In this document: positions 9,063-19,011 of the stretch, in pieces | Layout of the letters: every line of letters starts with the position of its first letter | Position numbering within the stretch: position 1 is the first letter of the stretch | IMG/VR virus record: IMGVR_UViG_2795386012_000004 | Length of the DNA: 64,000 bases | Strand: one strand, 5' to 3' | From: a virus | Translations under genes and position numbers: made by a program | The notes under the pieces: generated by a model | Databases searched by the model: none | What the model was told of the DNA's origin: nothing | What the model saw: the letters and a program-made list of their open reading frames with translations, nothing else

Positions 9063-12000
9063 CTCCCAGTCCTGCCGGTGCGTAGGTGCGCGTCCGTTCG
9101 TTTTGCTTCTTCTGGATGGACGTTTGAACGGCCTGCGGGTCCATGCCCTGATTGCCGTTGAGGTTGATTGAGTTGTCGATGGTGGTCGGGGCCGACATGC
9201 CTTGCTGGAAAGCGTTGGTGGCGATATCGCCAATGCCCGCGATAAGGCCACCGGGCCCGCCGCCTGGCATCACATTTTCTGCGGTCACCGTCGATGTCTG
9301 GCCCTGCGAGAACAAGCCGGTAAGGCTCGGCAGGCCCATGCTGTTCAACATGCCGCCGCCTTGGCCCGGCCCACCAGCGCCGCCGCCGAGTAGGCCGGTG
9401 AACATCTTCACCAGACCCCACTGCCTCGGGTCGGAGAACAGCGAACCGTCGAAACCGAGGCCCTGAAACAAGCCGTCGATCAGCCCTTGGCCGAGGTCAC
9501 TGCCCGCCGCGCTGCCACCACCGGCCCCACCGCCAAATGGTGAGTTCGCCATGGCGGCGTTGTATTCGTTTTGCGTCGCTGTCAGGTCGTCGGTGGCTTG
9601 GGCCTGCTCACGCTTGGCTTTGGCCAGCCGGTATTCGGCGGCGTCGCGCTGCTTCTGCGTGACCTTGCTGGGGTCCTTGGCGTTGAGTTCGTCCAGCGAG
9701 GCCTGCGCCTGCTGCACGGCAAAGTCGCGATCAGACACACGGTCCTGCGCCTCGCGGACCCGGCGCGCGCCTGCGGCGCCACCGCCGCGACCGGATGACG
9801 AACCACCGCCGAAGAGGCTGCCGCCGCCGGACATACCGGACGCCGAGGGCAGCGAAATACTGCTGGTGGGTAGGCCGACAGCTGCCGCGCCTGCGCCACG
9901 GCCCTTGCCGAGCATGACGTGTAGGTGGTCCATGTGGTTCTGCGTCGGCGAACCACGGTCATTCATAGCCTTGCCGTCTGTGAAGGAACCGCCGTAGCCG
10001 TAGCTGGTTTGGCGCCAGATGAATCCGTCCAGGCCGAGTTGTTCGCGGTTCTTGACCAGGAAGCCTGCGACCTGATTGCCGAGCATCATGCCCTGAGGGG
10101 TGTCCCAACCGGGGACCATCACGTCAATGGCGTTGCCGCTGGAGTGCTCGCCGTAGCCGTCCTCAGCGCGGCGCCCGCCGATGTCATCGATCTGCGGCCA
10201 CTGGCGCATGATCGTGGTGCGCAGGAAGTCGGCGCCAGGGTTGAGCCCCTGGGCGAAGCCAGGGATCATGGCGTGCAGCATTTCCGCCGGTGGCACCCAT
10301 CCGGCGTTTAGCGCGGCCAGGATTGGGGCGCCGCCATTGCGCATGGCCGCCGCTGTCATGACACCTTCGCCATTGGACAGCCACGCCAAGATGGAGTCGC
10401 TGGTGCCGGTGCCCCGTCCGCTGACCTTGCCCCCTCCGGCGTAGCCCGGCGCGTTGCCGATCGGGCCACCGTCTTTGTGGCCGAAGATGCCGCCGAGGCC
10501 AGGCACCTTGGACAGGAAGCCGCTGGCCTTGTCAACGATGCCGTTCAAGCCACCAGCAACCCCGCTGATGACATCGGCCAGCGCCTTGAATCCGCTGATC
10601 ATGGGCTTGATCACCACGTCAACGATGGGAGTGAGGATCTTGACCAGCCCGGTGAACAGTGGCGCTACCACCTTGATCGCCGCCGCAATGGCGGGAATGG
10701 CGGCGGTGCCCAGCTCGGCCAGCGGCGGTACAAGGGGAATCGCCGTCTTGAGCAGATCGCCCATTGCGCCCAGAAGTGGGGGCAGCAGCGGCGTGACCTG
10801 CTGGAGCGCACCTGCGAAGGCGTTGGCGAATGTGCCTGCGACCTCGGCCAGTACGGGTGCCAGCTGGTCGATGACCGGCTTGAGTGCGTTCGCGAGCGCC
10901 GATACGACCGGGGCCAGGGCCTTGAATAGCGTCGACAGGGCCGGGGCGAGCGCACCGACCACCGCGCCGACCAGCTGTCCGAGCACAGGCAGGATCGGGG
11001 CCGCACCAGCCACCAGGTCGGCGAAGGCCTGCGCCAACGGCGCAATCGCCGGGGCGAGCGCTTGAATGGTTTGGACTACGGCCGGTCCGATGGCGCCCAG
11101 CAGGGTCGAGATAGGGCCCGCCAGCGAGGTCACCACGGGGGCAAGGGTCTTCATGACCTCGGCCAGGTTGGTGAACACCGCTTGCAGCGCAGGCGCGGCG
11201 GCAGTGCCCAGGCCGGTGAATGCGGGGATGACGGTGCCGAGCAGGCTTTGGCCGACTGTCTTGAGGATCGGCGACAGAGCGGCAAGGGCTTCCTTGGCTC
11301 CAGAGAAGAAGGCGCCCAAAGCATCTCGGCCCTCGGCGGAGTTCACGAAGTCGCGCATCGTCTGCGTCACGGTCTGCAACGAAGCCAGGAATCCGCCGCC
11401 CACGTCGTTGCCTGCGCGGAACACCCCGCCGATGATCGACCCCAGATTGCCTGTGATATCGGCGAGCTGGCCCATGGCATGAATGCCGGTCTGAATCCAC
11501 TCAGTCATGCGGCCGCTTTCGCGCGCATTGCTGACGAACCGGGCGAAGGAATTGGCGGCGTTGGTGGCGCCCTGCGCCAGCTGCGGCATGAAGGTGGAGC
11601 CGACAGTGCCGATATCCAGCAGGGATTTGACGACCGGTGAAAGGGCCTGCGACAAGGTGTTGAATGCTGTCGCGCTATTTCCGGTCAATGTTGCCATGTC
11701 CGAAACGGATTGCGGTGCTTGCAGAAGCGCCGAAACGCTCTTGAGTGCGCTGTTTGCACTGCCTGCAATGTTGGCCATGGCGCCCTGCATCATCGGCAGA
11801 TAGGTGGCGCCCAGGGCCTTCACGTCGGAGGCGAATCCGTCAAAGAATCGGTCCTGTACCGCGTTTTTCAAGTCCTTGAGCTGCGGCAGCATGGACTGGA
11901 TAGCGGTCGCGGTCTCGCGGGCGTTCGGTGACAGGTCGGCGATAGCCTTCGCGAACTTTTCGGGGTCGCCAATGTCCTTCATGGCGTCACCGAAGCCGAG

Positions 12001-12405
12001 GGTGGCGACCTTGAGCGCGCCGATAGCTGTCGCCGCACCGCCAGCGGTGGCCGGCAAAAGCCCAAACGCGCCGCTAGCGGACATGATCGCGCCAGTAAGG
12101 GCTGTCAGTCCACCAGCGGCGCCTGTGATAGCTAGACCGCCCAGGGCGCCTGCCATCGCCCCGCCGAGGGTCTTGGAAATGAAGGACGCGGCCTCGGTGA
12201 TCTGCTTGCGGTCGATGTCGATCTTGTAGGGCCGCGCCTTGCTCAGTTCGCGGTCCAGCCGCTTGATTTGCAGGCGCGCCTTGCCGGTGTCGGCGTCGAT
12301 GTCGACCGTCAGGTCAATGCCGTCGACGGCGCGACGGGTCTCGCGTACCAGTCGGGAGGTGTCGGGCACGATCGAAACCCAAAGGGCCATTAGCTCATTG
12401 CTCAT
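9058..12405 (-). CDS. tape measure protein (1115 aa)
   Basis: Largest ORF, Ala/Gly/Leu-rich low-complexity helical sequence, follows the chaperone pair; embedded HxxxGxAxD...HxH motif near 9900..10160. Confidence 0.85.
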   Translation of the reverse strand: MSNELMALWVSIVPDTSRLVRETRRAVDGIDLTVDIDADTGKARLQIKRLDRELSKARPYKIDIDRKQITEAASFISKTLGGAMAGALGGLAITGAAGGLTALTGAIMSASGAFGLLPATAGGAATAIGALKVATLGFGDAMKDIGDPEKFAKAIADLSPNARETATAIQSMLPQLKDLKNAVQDRFFDGFASDVKALGATYLPMMQGAMANIAGSANSALKSVSALLQAPQSVSDMATLTGNSATAFNTLSQALSPVVKSLLDIGTVGSTFMPQLAQGATNAANSFARFVSNARESGRMTEWIQTGIHAMGQLADITGNLGSIIGGVFRAGNDVGGGFLASLQTVTQTMRDFVNSAEGRDALGAFFSGAKEALAALSPILKTVGQSLLGTVIPAFTGLGTAAAPALQAVFTNLAEVMKTLAPVVTSLAGPISTLLGAIGPAVVQTIQALAPAIAPLAQAFADLVAGAAPILPVLGQLVGAVVGALAPALSTLFKALAPVVSALANALKPVIDQLAPVLAEVAGTFANAFAGALQQVTPLLPPLLGAMGDLLKTAIPLVPPLAELGTAAIPAIAAAIKVVAPLFTGLVKILTPIVDVVIKPMISGFKALADVISGVAGGLNGIVDKASGFLSKVPGLGGIFGHKDGGPIGNAPGYAGGGKVSGRGTGTSDSILAWLSNGEGVMTAAAMRNGGAPILAALNAGWVPPAEMLHAMIPGFAQGLNPGADFLRTTIMRQWPQIDDIGGRRAEDGYGEHSSGNAIDVMVPGWDTPQGMMLGNQVAGFLVKNREQLGLDGFIWRQTSYGYGGSFTDGKAMNDRGSPTQNHMDHLHVMLGKGRGAGAAAVGLPTSSISLPSASGMSGGGSLFGGGSSSGRGGGAAGARRVREAQDRVSDRDFAVQQAQASLDELNAKDPSKVTQKQRDAAEYRLAKAKREQAQATDDLTATQNEYNAAMANSPFGGGAGGGSAAGSDLGQGLIDGLFQGLGFDGSLFSDPRQWGLVKMFTGLLGGGAGGPGQGGGMLNSMGLPSLTGLFSQGQTSTVTAENVMPGGGPGGLIAGIGDIATNAFQQGMSAPTTIDNSINLNGNQGMDPQAVQTSIQKKQNERTRTYAPAGLGA

Positions 12406-12760
12406 CGCTAACTCCCTTCTGTCGTTTCCATCGGGCCCGTGCCTCGCGCCACATGGAGGTGAATGCGGCCATCGGGACGACCTGTTGTGTGCGGCCCCCG
12501 AGAGCTGCCGTCAGCGCGTTTGCGCGCTCACGCACGCCGGGGCGGGGGATCTGTTTTGGCCGGTTCCGTGGCGGCTTGCGCTGCGCATCCTTGGTGTGCA
12601 GCCACAGCCAGTCGTTAAGGCGCTCAAGGATTCCGGCGAGAAGATGTGAGTCGAGCGGCCACCCTTCGGCCAGCTCGTAATGAATGGCGGTCCCCGGTGG
12701 TGAGGCCACGGTGAACGCATGCAAGTCTTCCCAGCTGCACGCCGGGCGGTCGAAACGCAA
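12395..12760 (-). CDS. tail assembly chaperone, frameshift-extension (T) segment
   Basis: Frame open upstream to 12878, overlapping the end of 12829..13284; reached by -1 slip at CCCAAAC. Confidence 0.55.
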   Translation of the reverse strand: MRFDRPACSWEDLHAFTVASPPGTAIHYELAEGWPLDSHLLAGILERLNDWLWLHTKDAQRKPPRNRPKQIPRPGVRERANALTAALGGRTQQVVPMAAFTSMWREARARWKRQKGVSDEQ

Positions 12761-12828
12761 CCCGGCGTGCAGCAGGTCTAGGCGGAATGCCGCCTCGTGC
12801 TTGCGTGCGAAGTCACGGACCTCGCCAA

Positions 12829-13284
12829 TTAGTTTGGGAGTTTGGCCCCTGACCAGAACGTCAGCAGGCTCTTGATATCAGCCAGCTTGCCGCCACCACG
12901 GAAGGCCGCGGTGATCGCCGCGATACCTTCGGCGTAGTCGACAGCGTGATCACGCATGGCCTGACGGAAGAGCTTGATCAGCATCACGTGATCGGGAATG
13001 TCCTCCAGCAGATCAGCGAAGATGTCGCCCGCGTCCGGCGTCGGGAACGGCGGCAGCGCCACCACCGTGCCCGAAGGGTCTTCGTAGCGTTTCAGCTCGG
13101 TGCCCTCGACGTAGATAGGCGCCCAATCGAAGCCAGCATCGCCCGGCTTCGGTTCCGGCTTCGCGGGGGTCTCGGTGCTCTGCTCGCCCTCGGCTATGTC
13201 AACGTTGTCTTCGTACTCACGGGCATCGTCATCGCCAACTTCGACAGCGGGGACGGTCTTTTTTGCGGTTGCCTTGGTGGCCAT
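12829..13284 (-). CDS. tail assembly chaperone (G segment)
   Basis: 151-aa acidic protein directly after major tail gene and before TMP; slippery site 2 codons before stop. Confidence 0.65.
   Translation of the reverse strand: MATKATAKKTVPAVEVGDDDAREYEDNVDIAEGEQSTETPAKPEPKPGDAGFDWAPIYVEGTELKRYEDPSGTVVALPPFPTPDAGDIFADLLEDIPDHVMLIKLFRQAMRDHAVDYAEGIAAITAAFRGGGKLADIKSLLTFWSGAKLPN
12832..12838 (-). other. programmed -1 ribosomal frameshift slippery heptamer CCCAAAC
   Basis: Minus strand ..GCC AAA CTC CCA AAC TAA; -1 frame reads CCC AAA CTA ATT GGC (PKLIGEVRDF..) continuing into 12395..12760 ORF. Confidence 0.6.
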
Positions 13285-13482
13285 GTGATTGTTCCTTTGC
13301 AGGTGAGTTGCCTTGGAGTGCCTTGGGTCCCGCCCGCCTGTCCCAAGGCAAAACGGACGGGCGGGACAGCGTTGTGAATCGGTGGGCGGCTGGTTTTCGC
13401 CTCTCCTAAGCCCCGTCGCCGCTTGGCTCGGGGTCAGGCTCCGGCTCCGGTTCCGGGTCAGGTTCCGGGGCCGGGGGAGGCG

Positions 13483-14161
13483 CTAAGGGGTTCCGCCGCC
13501 GCCTGCGGGCAGAGGCACAACCTGGCCGTCGTCCAGGTAGATGTAGGCGTTGTTGCCCTGTGAATCGGGCAGTAGCTTGAGCGTCAGGTCATGGCCCGAC
13601 AACTCGCTGTGCGCGGTCTTAAAATCGCCCTTCTCGGACACCTGGGCCAGCGGTGCGACCCACCGCATCGCCTTGAGACCTTCGGAGCCATCGGAGTAGA
13701 AGCTGTCAATCCAGACAGTCTTTTTCGGCAGCATCAGCTTGTTGACCTTGATGGCCAGCCAGTTGCCATGCGCTTGCGTCGCCTGCGTGTAGGCCACGTT
13801 GTCGTCGCCGTACGCCAGCTTGGCAATCTCTCGATTCATGATCTGTAGCAGCACCATCTGCCACGACACCGAGAACGATTCCTGTAGGAACGCAACGATA
13901 TCGCCGCCCCAAGCGGCAATCTCATTGATCGATCGATCTTCGGTGCCGGTCACGCCGTCTTCGGAGACGAAGCCGACATTTTTCAGGTCAGGACTGTGCT
14001 CGGTGGCGGGGATAAAGATGTCATCAGCCGGGGGCAGGGCAATGCCTGGCTTACCGATGAATACACCGCCAGTGATTCCCGGCGCGGTCGGCGAGCCGGA
14101 GAACAGTTCTTTGATATCGCCCGCTGCGCCACCGGGGCCAGCGACAATGGGTCCGGTCATG
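13483..14161 (-). CDS. major tail protein (~226 aa)
   Basis: ATG 14161 with GAGAGG RBS (MTGPIVAGPGG..); position upstream of chaperones; longer track ORF overlaps the neighbour. Confidence 0.55.
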
Positions 14162-14218
14162 GTGAATACACCTCTCTGCCCAACGCGGGCAATGGGATTG
14201 GTAAAGATGCCTTGAGAC

Positions 14219-14626
14219 TCAGTGCTTGGCTCTGATGAGCCATTCGAGGACGACTTGATAGCGGACGTGCGTCTTGACGTCCGGGTCGTCCAGATCGGTT
14301 GGGCCACCGAGCTTTTTGGCCCTAGCCACGTAGGGGTAGCCGTCGAACAGGAAGCCAACGGCTGCCTTGCCCAGTGCTGCCACCAGGTTCGCGGTCTGAG
14401 CGCACCGAGGGCCGTCGATGTCGTAGAGCTGGGCGACTACCTGCGCCCGCGTGGCGATAAGCGATTCGTCGGGCCCGCCGTTGGAATAGACGCGCATGAA
14501 CCGATCGGGGCGATTCTTGGCCGGTACTTTCTTGCCGACATGCTGCGTGTGGCCCTGTGCGGCAAGGGTGTTGGTGAAATAGGTGACGGCGAGCTGATCA
14601 ACGTCCGGGTGGACGATGAGCGTCAT
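14219..14626 (-). CDS. head-to-tail connector / tail terminator-like protein
   Basis: 135-aa ORF in connector block between capsid and major tail protein. Confidence 0.4.
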   Translation of the reverse strand: MTLIVHPDVDQLAVTYFTNTLAAQGHTQHVGKKVPAKNRPDRFMRVYSNGGPDESLIATRAQVVAQLYDIDGPRCAQTANLVAALGKAAVGFLFDGYPYVARAKKLGGPTDLDDPDVKTHVRYQVVLEWLIRAKH

Positions 14627-14919
14627 CGGCGTGCGGCTGCCCGCAGAAGCGAGGATGTGCGGCGCTCGTGCCCCATGGCGCGACCGGTCGCGGTCACTAC
14701 CGAGACACGGGCGCGGTTCTTGCCGACGTGCAGGTCTGCGGTGTAGCTTGGCCCGTCATCGACGGGGCCGTTCTGCGCCACGTCAGCGGTCACTTGGTGA
14801 TCCAGGTTGGCATCTTGGGCGACAACCTCGCCGACCTCAAGCAGCTTGGCCTGCACCGCCGCCGACTTGCGCAGATCGCGGAAGGCGCGTTTATTCACGC
14901 GGACCTTGGTAACGGTCAT
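14623..14919 (-). CDS. head-to-tail connector protein
   Basis: 98-aa ORF, overlapping start/stop with neighbours. Confidence 0.4.
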   Translation of the reverse strand: MTVTKVRVNKRAFRDLRKSAAVQAKLLEVGEVVAQDANLDHQVTADVAQNGPVDDGPSYTADLHVGKNRARVSVVTATGRAMGHERRTSSLLRAAARR

Positions 14920-14927
14920 CCCTACCC

Positions 14928-15275
14928 CTACCCTTCAACTCTGCGTAGGTTGACGACAGCGCCGAAGTGCTTGCCGAATGGATTGAATTCGGTGGACTCG
15001 GGATAGCCGACGCATTCAAAGACGTTGCCCGCCAATGTCACCCGATCACGCGGACCGTAGACCTGGCCGGGCGGCACGAGCAGCACCACGTCAACAATGA
15101 CGCGATCTTGGCCGACCAACTTCGGCTCATTCGACATCGCCGGGCCAGCGCCATACACAGACCGTGCGGTCGCGGGTGCCCACTTGTCGATCGGATCGCC
15201 ATGTGCGTTCAGGGCGTCAGGAATGAAGGCCTCGTGCGCGACGACGAACGGCATGGGAAAGCTCGGCGCGGTCAT
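14928..15275 (-). CDS. head-to-tail connector protein
   Basis: 115-aa ORF in connector block. Confidence 0.4.
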   Translation of the reverse strand: MTAPSFPMPFVVAHEAFIPDALNAHGDPIDKWAPATARSVYGAGPAMSNEPKLVGQDRVIVDVVLLVPPGQVYGPRDRVTLAGNVFECVGYPESTEFNPFGKHFGAVVNLRRVEG

Positions 15276-15688
15276 CGACCCGAGATGTCAACAGAGAAGG
15301 CCTTACCCGACACAGCCCAGCGGTGCAGGGCGAGTTTGTCGGCCTTGGTGAGCCACACGCCGCCGTTGGCGGCGTCGGCATTGAGAGTCACGGTCTGTGA
15401 GAAGACGTGCGCTGCATTGGTGATGGCAGTGGCCGAGTCAGTTCGGCCAGTCAGGGCGCGCGCCGCCACCCGTGAGGTCACGATGCGCACCCTGTCCGGT
15501 ACCGGGTCGAACGCGCGGTCACCGCAGTAGGCAGAAACCAGGGCAGAGGCCTCATCAAGCACACCCGGCAGCCACTCAACCTCGTCAGCGGTCAGGTCGC
15601 GGCGTAACCGCGCCTCAACGTCGGCCTGGTCAGCGAGCGCGGCCACTTGAGCGCTTCCGGGTCCGGCTCGTAGCCGGACGGGGTGCAA
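15272..15688 (-). CDS. head-to-tail adaptor-like protein
   Basis: 138-aa ORF following capsid gene. Confidence 0.4.
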   Translation of the reverse strand: MHPVRLRAGPGSAQVAALADQADVEARLRRDLTADEVEWLPGVLDEASALVSAYCGDRAFDPVPDRVRIVTSRVAARALTGRTDSATAITNAAHVFSQTVTLNADAANGGVWLTKADKLALHRWAVSGKAFSVDISGR

Positions 15689-15930
15689 CCGGCTCGGGTG
15701 CCTCGGCTGCCGCTTCGGCGGGCTCGGGCTGCGCCTCTGTCACTGCTTCGGCTGTCACGTCAGTGGCATCGGCTGGCGCCCCGGTGGGCTCCGGGTCTGC
15801 GGTGGCGACCTCGCCGTCTTCGATTAGGTGAGCGCCCACCACCTCACCCGGTGGGACGGGATCGCCTGCGGACAGGCGCGCCCCACCGGGCAGGTAGATG
15901 ACACCGACCAAATCGGATCGGATCGAAGGC
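15630..15930 (-). CDS. hypothetical small protein (start uncertain)
   Basis: Ala/Glu/Pro-rich ORF between capsid stop and connector genes; overlaps neighbour. Confidence 0.25.
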
Positions 15931-15931
15931 A

Positions 15932-16969
15932 CTACAGCACCTTTGCGGCCATGGACAGGTTGGCGTTGGCCAACACCGGCAGGCCGATGGCGGCGCCGTG
16001 AACCCACACACCGATCGGGTCGCGGGTCTTGAAAGCGCCCATCGCGATGCCGGGGCGGTCAACCTCGGCAATCTCGTAATCCGGCTCGGAGGCCTCCAGG
16101 GTGGTGCCCCAGACGGTCGCACCGAGGTCGGTGCCGTCCTCTGCATACGCATCGACCGGCGCGGGCAGCAGGTACAGCTTGTCCTCCGGCAGGATGCGGA
16201 CAGTCTGGCCCGCCACCTTGGCGCGGCGGTCGAACACCGCGATCGGGGGAAGGCCGTACGCGGACAAGGTGGCCTGTACGAAGTCTTCGGTCACCAGTCC
16301 CGGCGCGGTAGCCGAGTTGGTGGCCAAGGCCTTCATCTCGGCAGACAGCATGAGCGCGTTGAGCACCCGGCGCGAAGTCAGGATGACGCCCGGCTCGTCG
16401 CCGTTCTCTTCGACGTAGGCATCACGCCACAGCCGAAGGTCGGTCAGCGGCTTGGAGGCCGGATCGGACCACAGGGTTGCGGCGGTGACGGCGAAGGCAG
16501 CGCCGCGACCGAAGTCGGCAGTGGCGATGAAGCCGTTCTCATTGATTGCGGCCTTGCCGCTGTCAATGACCTTGCCGCGCATCACTTCCAGCTTGTCGCT
16601 GATGGCGTAGGCGAGGCGCTTAGCCTCTTTGAGCACCGTCGACAGCACCGTGTCGGAGTCGACGTTGCCACGCAGGCGTAGCTGGTCGTATTCGGACACG
16701 CGCACCTTGCGGCCCAGTGGGGGCAGCTCGATGGTGACGCGCTCAGCGCCGGGAGTCTCCCCGATGCTGACCTCTGCGTCGTACGAGCGGTACTCAGCCG
16801 CGTCCAGAAGGCCGTTGTCGCCCTTGACGAAGCGAGCAACGATGTCCGGCACGGTGCGGTTCGGCAGGAACGCGGCCAGGGAGCCCTTGCGGCGTTCGCG
16901 GTCGGCCAGCGCTTCGCGGGCATACCCGGTCAGTGCGGCCGGGGTGATGACATCAGTCCATAGAGTCAT
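15932..16969 (-). CDS. major capsid protein (345 aa)
   Basis: Size and position after scaffolding protein in head module. Confidence 0.65.
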   Translation of the reverse strand: MTLWTDVITPAALTGYAREALADRERRKGSLAAFLPNRTVPDIVARFVKGDNGLLDAAEYRSYDAEVSIGETPGAERVTIELPPLGRKVRVSEYDQLRLRGNVDSDTVLSTVLKEAKRLAYAISDKLEVMRGKVIDSGKAAINENGFIATADFGRGAAFAVTAATLWSDPASKPLTDLRLWRDAYVEENGDEPGVILTSRRVLNALMLSAEMKALATNSATAPGLVTEDFVQATLSAYGLPPIAVFDRRAKVAGQTVRILPEDKLYLLPAPVDAYAEDGTDLGATVWGTTLEASEPDYEIAEVDRPGIAMGAFKTRDPIGVWVHGAAIGLPVLANANLSMAAKVL

Positions 16970-16983
16970 TGTTCAGCCCTTCC

Positions 16984-17358
16984 TTAGACGAAAACGAACA
17001 GGCCAGTGGTGTCCGCGTCAGCGGCGACCGTGGCGGGGAGCTTGGACAGGATCACGCGGCCGTGGTCGAGCAGCGGGGCAACGATGTCGCCGCCGCCATC
17101 GCGGACCGACTGGTCGGTGAACAGGAAACCGGCAAGTACGCCAGCACCATTGGCGCCGCCAGCGGCGTACGGCACATAGGTGTCGCCCACCTTGGCCAGC
17201 GGCAGGCCGGACTTGAGCCGACCGTCCGGGTAGTGGGTTTCCTTGACCAGGGCTTCGCGGTCGATGGTGACGGTCCGGCATGCGTCGGTACCGTGCTTGG
17301 AACCAAGCCAGGACTGGTTACCTGCACCAAAGGTCTCAGTGCGAACAGTGAGATCCAT
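16984..17358 (-). CDS. hypothetical head protein (possible decoration protein)
   Basis: 124-aa ORF between scaffold and capsid genes. Confidence 0.4.
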   Translation of the reverse strand: MDLTVRTETFGAGNQSWLGSKHGTDACRTVTIDREALVKETHYPDGRLKSGLPLAKVGDTYVPYAAGGANGAGVLAGFLFTDQSVRDGGGDIVAPLLDHGRVILSKLPATVAADADTTGLFVFV

Positions 17359-17402
17359 TTTTCCTCCTAATGGGAGTGGGGATAGCGCAGGCGAGTCCTG
17401 TG

Positions 17403-18038
17403 CTACGCGTTGGGTTTCGGGTGTGACTTCGTGTACAGCTCTGCGCCAGCGGACACCGAGGACGGCTTGGTGCTCTTGCCGCCGGGGGGTTGGCCCTGGT
17501 GCTGATTGGGCGCCGGGGGCCGTGGACCGCTATCGGTGGTAGCCACAAAGGGCTTGAGTTCGTTGATTTCGGCGTCAAGCTCGGCGTCGGTGGTCCCGAC
17601 CAGCTTCTTGGCAAGCGCCAGCGGCAGCCCCTTGTCGACGCCGTACTGTGTACGCTCAGCCGCCGCCGCCTTCGCCTCGGCCTTGGTGCGGGCCTCGGCC
17701 TCGGCAGCCAATTTGGTTTGCAGATCGGCGATTTGATCCTGAACCTTGTCAGCGTCCGTCTTGTCGCGATCCTTGATCGCTTGCAGCTCGGTATGGCTGG
17801 ACTTGAGTACGTCCAGGTCGCCGTATTTGTTGGCGACCTCGGCGCGCTCACGGGTCAGGCGCTCACCGATGATGCGCTCCACATCGGCCTGAGTGAACTT
17901 GGCGTCACCAGCTCCCTTGTCGCCGTTGTCCTGGTCGTGATCGGACGAGGCCCCAGCCACGGGCCAGATCGGGCCGCGCTTGCCAATGGCAAGTGCAGTA
18001 AATCCAGTTCGGGGATGGGTCGGCAGAACTGTAGTCAT
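17403..18038 (-). CDS. scaffolding protein
   Basis: 211 aa, Ala/Glu/Lys-rich coiled-coil composition, position between MuF-like and capsid genes. Confidence 0.6.
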   Translation of the reverse strand: MTTVLPTHPRTGFTALAIGKRGPIWPVAGASSDHDQDNGDKGAGDAKFTQADVERIIGERLTRERAEVANKYGDLDVLKSSHTELQAIKDRDKTDADKVQDQIADLQTKLAAEAEARTKAEAKAAAAERTQYGVDKGLPLALAKKLVGTTDAELDAEINELKPFVATTDSGPRPPAPNQHQGQPPGGKSTKPSSVSAGAELYTKSHPKPNA

Positions 18039-18105
18039 GAAAATCTCCGTAGCTCGTCAGCATTACCCGGCCGATTTGACGCTGGCCGTCCGCGCTCACG
18101 CCCCG

Positions 18106-19011
18106 CTATGGGGTGGAGGTCTGTTCGCGCTGTTGCGCATCCATTTGGCGCAGTACCGCTTTGAAGTCGATGGCGCCGTACTTGCCTTTGGTTTGGCCCG
18201 CCTCGCGAGTGGCGGTCACCGCTGCGGCGTATTGCTTGTCCCACTGCTCGACGTATGACGGCGGCTCGTAGGAACCGCCTGGGCGCACCGCCACCGCGAT
18301 GCAGTGGCACCAGTCGTGATACTTGTCGCCGTACTGCTGCGAGCCGCGCAGCGCACCGACACGGGCATCGCCGACCTGCCGTCCGCGCTTGCCCGCCTCG
18401 CGCGCCGAGCGGAACGTAGAGCGTCGGGCGAGGGCTTCGTCGCGGGTCATCTGTCCGGCCGCGATGGCGCGCCGGTCCGATGTCTCCAAGTTCACGCTGC
18501 GACCAGTGACCCCCAGGGCCGACGCCTCGGACGTGTACACCGCGCCGCGTGTGGCGAGCATCTTGCAGAAGTTGCACGCGTTCGCCGAGGCGTAGCGGGC
18601 CCACCGGGCGCCGGTCTCGCGCTCCACATTGTCAGAGATGGTGCGCCGCGACTGATCGAACACCGAGCGCGTCGCCGAGCCCTGTAAAGCCTCAACAGGC
18701 TTGCCCTGCGTCAGTGACCAGCGTCCCGAAATGGCTAGCGTCTCAACATCGAGCAGGGGAGCGGCCACCGTTTCAAACGCGGGCGCTGACGGCGCCACGA
18801 CCACCGGCTGAGCTTCGTACCAGGCCTGCGTCAGGTCATTGGACGCGGCCAGGTACGGCGTGACCACTTCCGGGTAGGCGGCGGTGATATACGCCATCTG
18901 CTCCACCGGCTGCATTCCGGCGATGCGGGCCAGTAGGTCAGCGATTTCGCCGCCCAGCTCGACGGTGAGCCGAGTCAGGAGTAGCTGAAACTCAGCTGCC
19001 TCGGTTGGCAT
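18106..19011 (-). CDS. MuF-like minor capsid / head morphogenesis protein
   Basis: Motifs ACNFCKMLATRGAVY and HDWCHCIAV typical of SPP1 gp7/Mu F family; follows portal. Confidence 0.6.
   Translation of the reverse strand: MPTEAAEFQLLLTRLTVELGGEIADLLARIAGMQPVEQMAYITAAYPEVVTPYLAASNDLTQAWYEAQPVVVAPSAPAFETVAAPLLDVETLAISGRWSLTQGKPVEALQGSATRSVFDQSRRTISDNVERETGARWARYASANACNFCKMLATRGAVYTSEASALGVTGRSVNLETSDRRAIAAGQMTRDEALARRSTFRSAREAGKRGRQVGDARVGALRGSQQYGDKYHDWCHCIAVAVRPGGSYEPPSYVEQWDKQYAAAVTATREAGQTKGKYGAIDFKAVLRQMDAQQREQTSTP

Noticed and set aside
10619-11500. 293-aa and other alternate-frame ORFs inside the tape measure gene
   Set aside because: They are fully embedded in the 1115-aa TMP frame and their Arg/Gly/Pro composition marks them as GC-frame artefacts.
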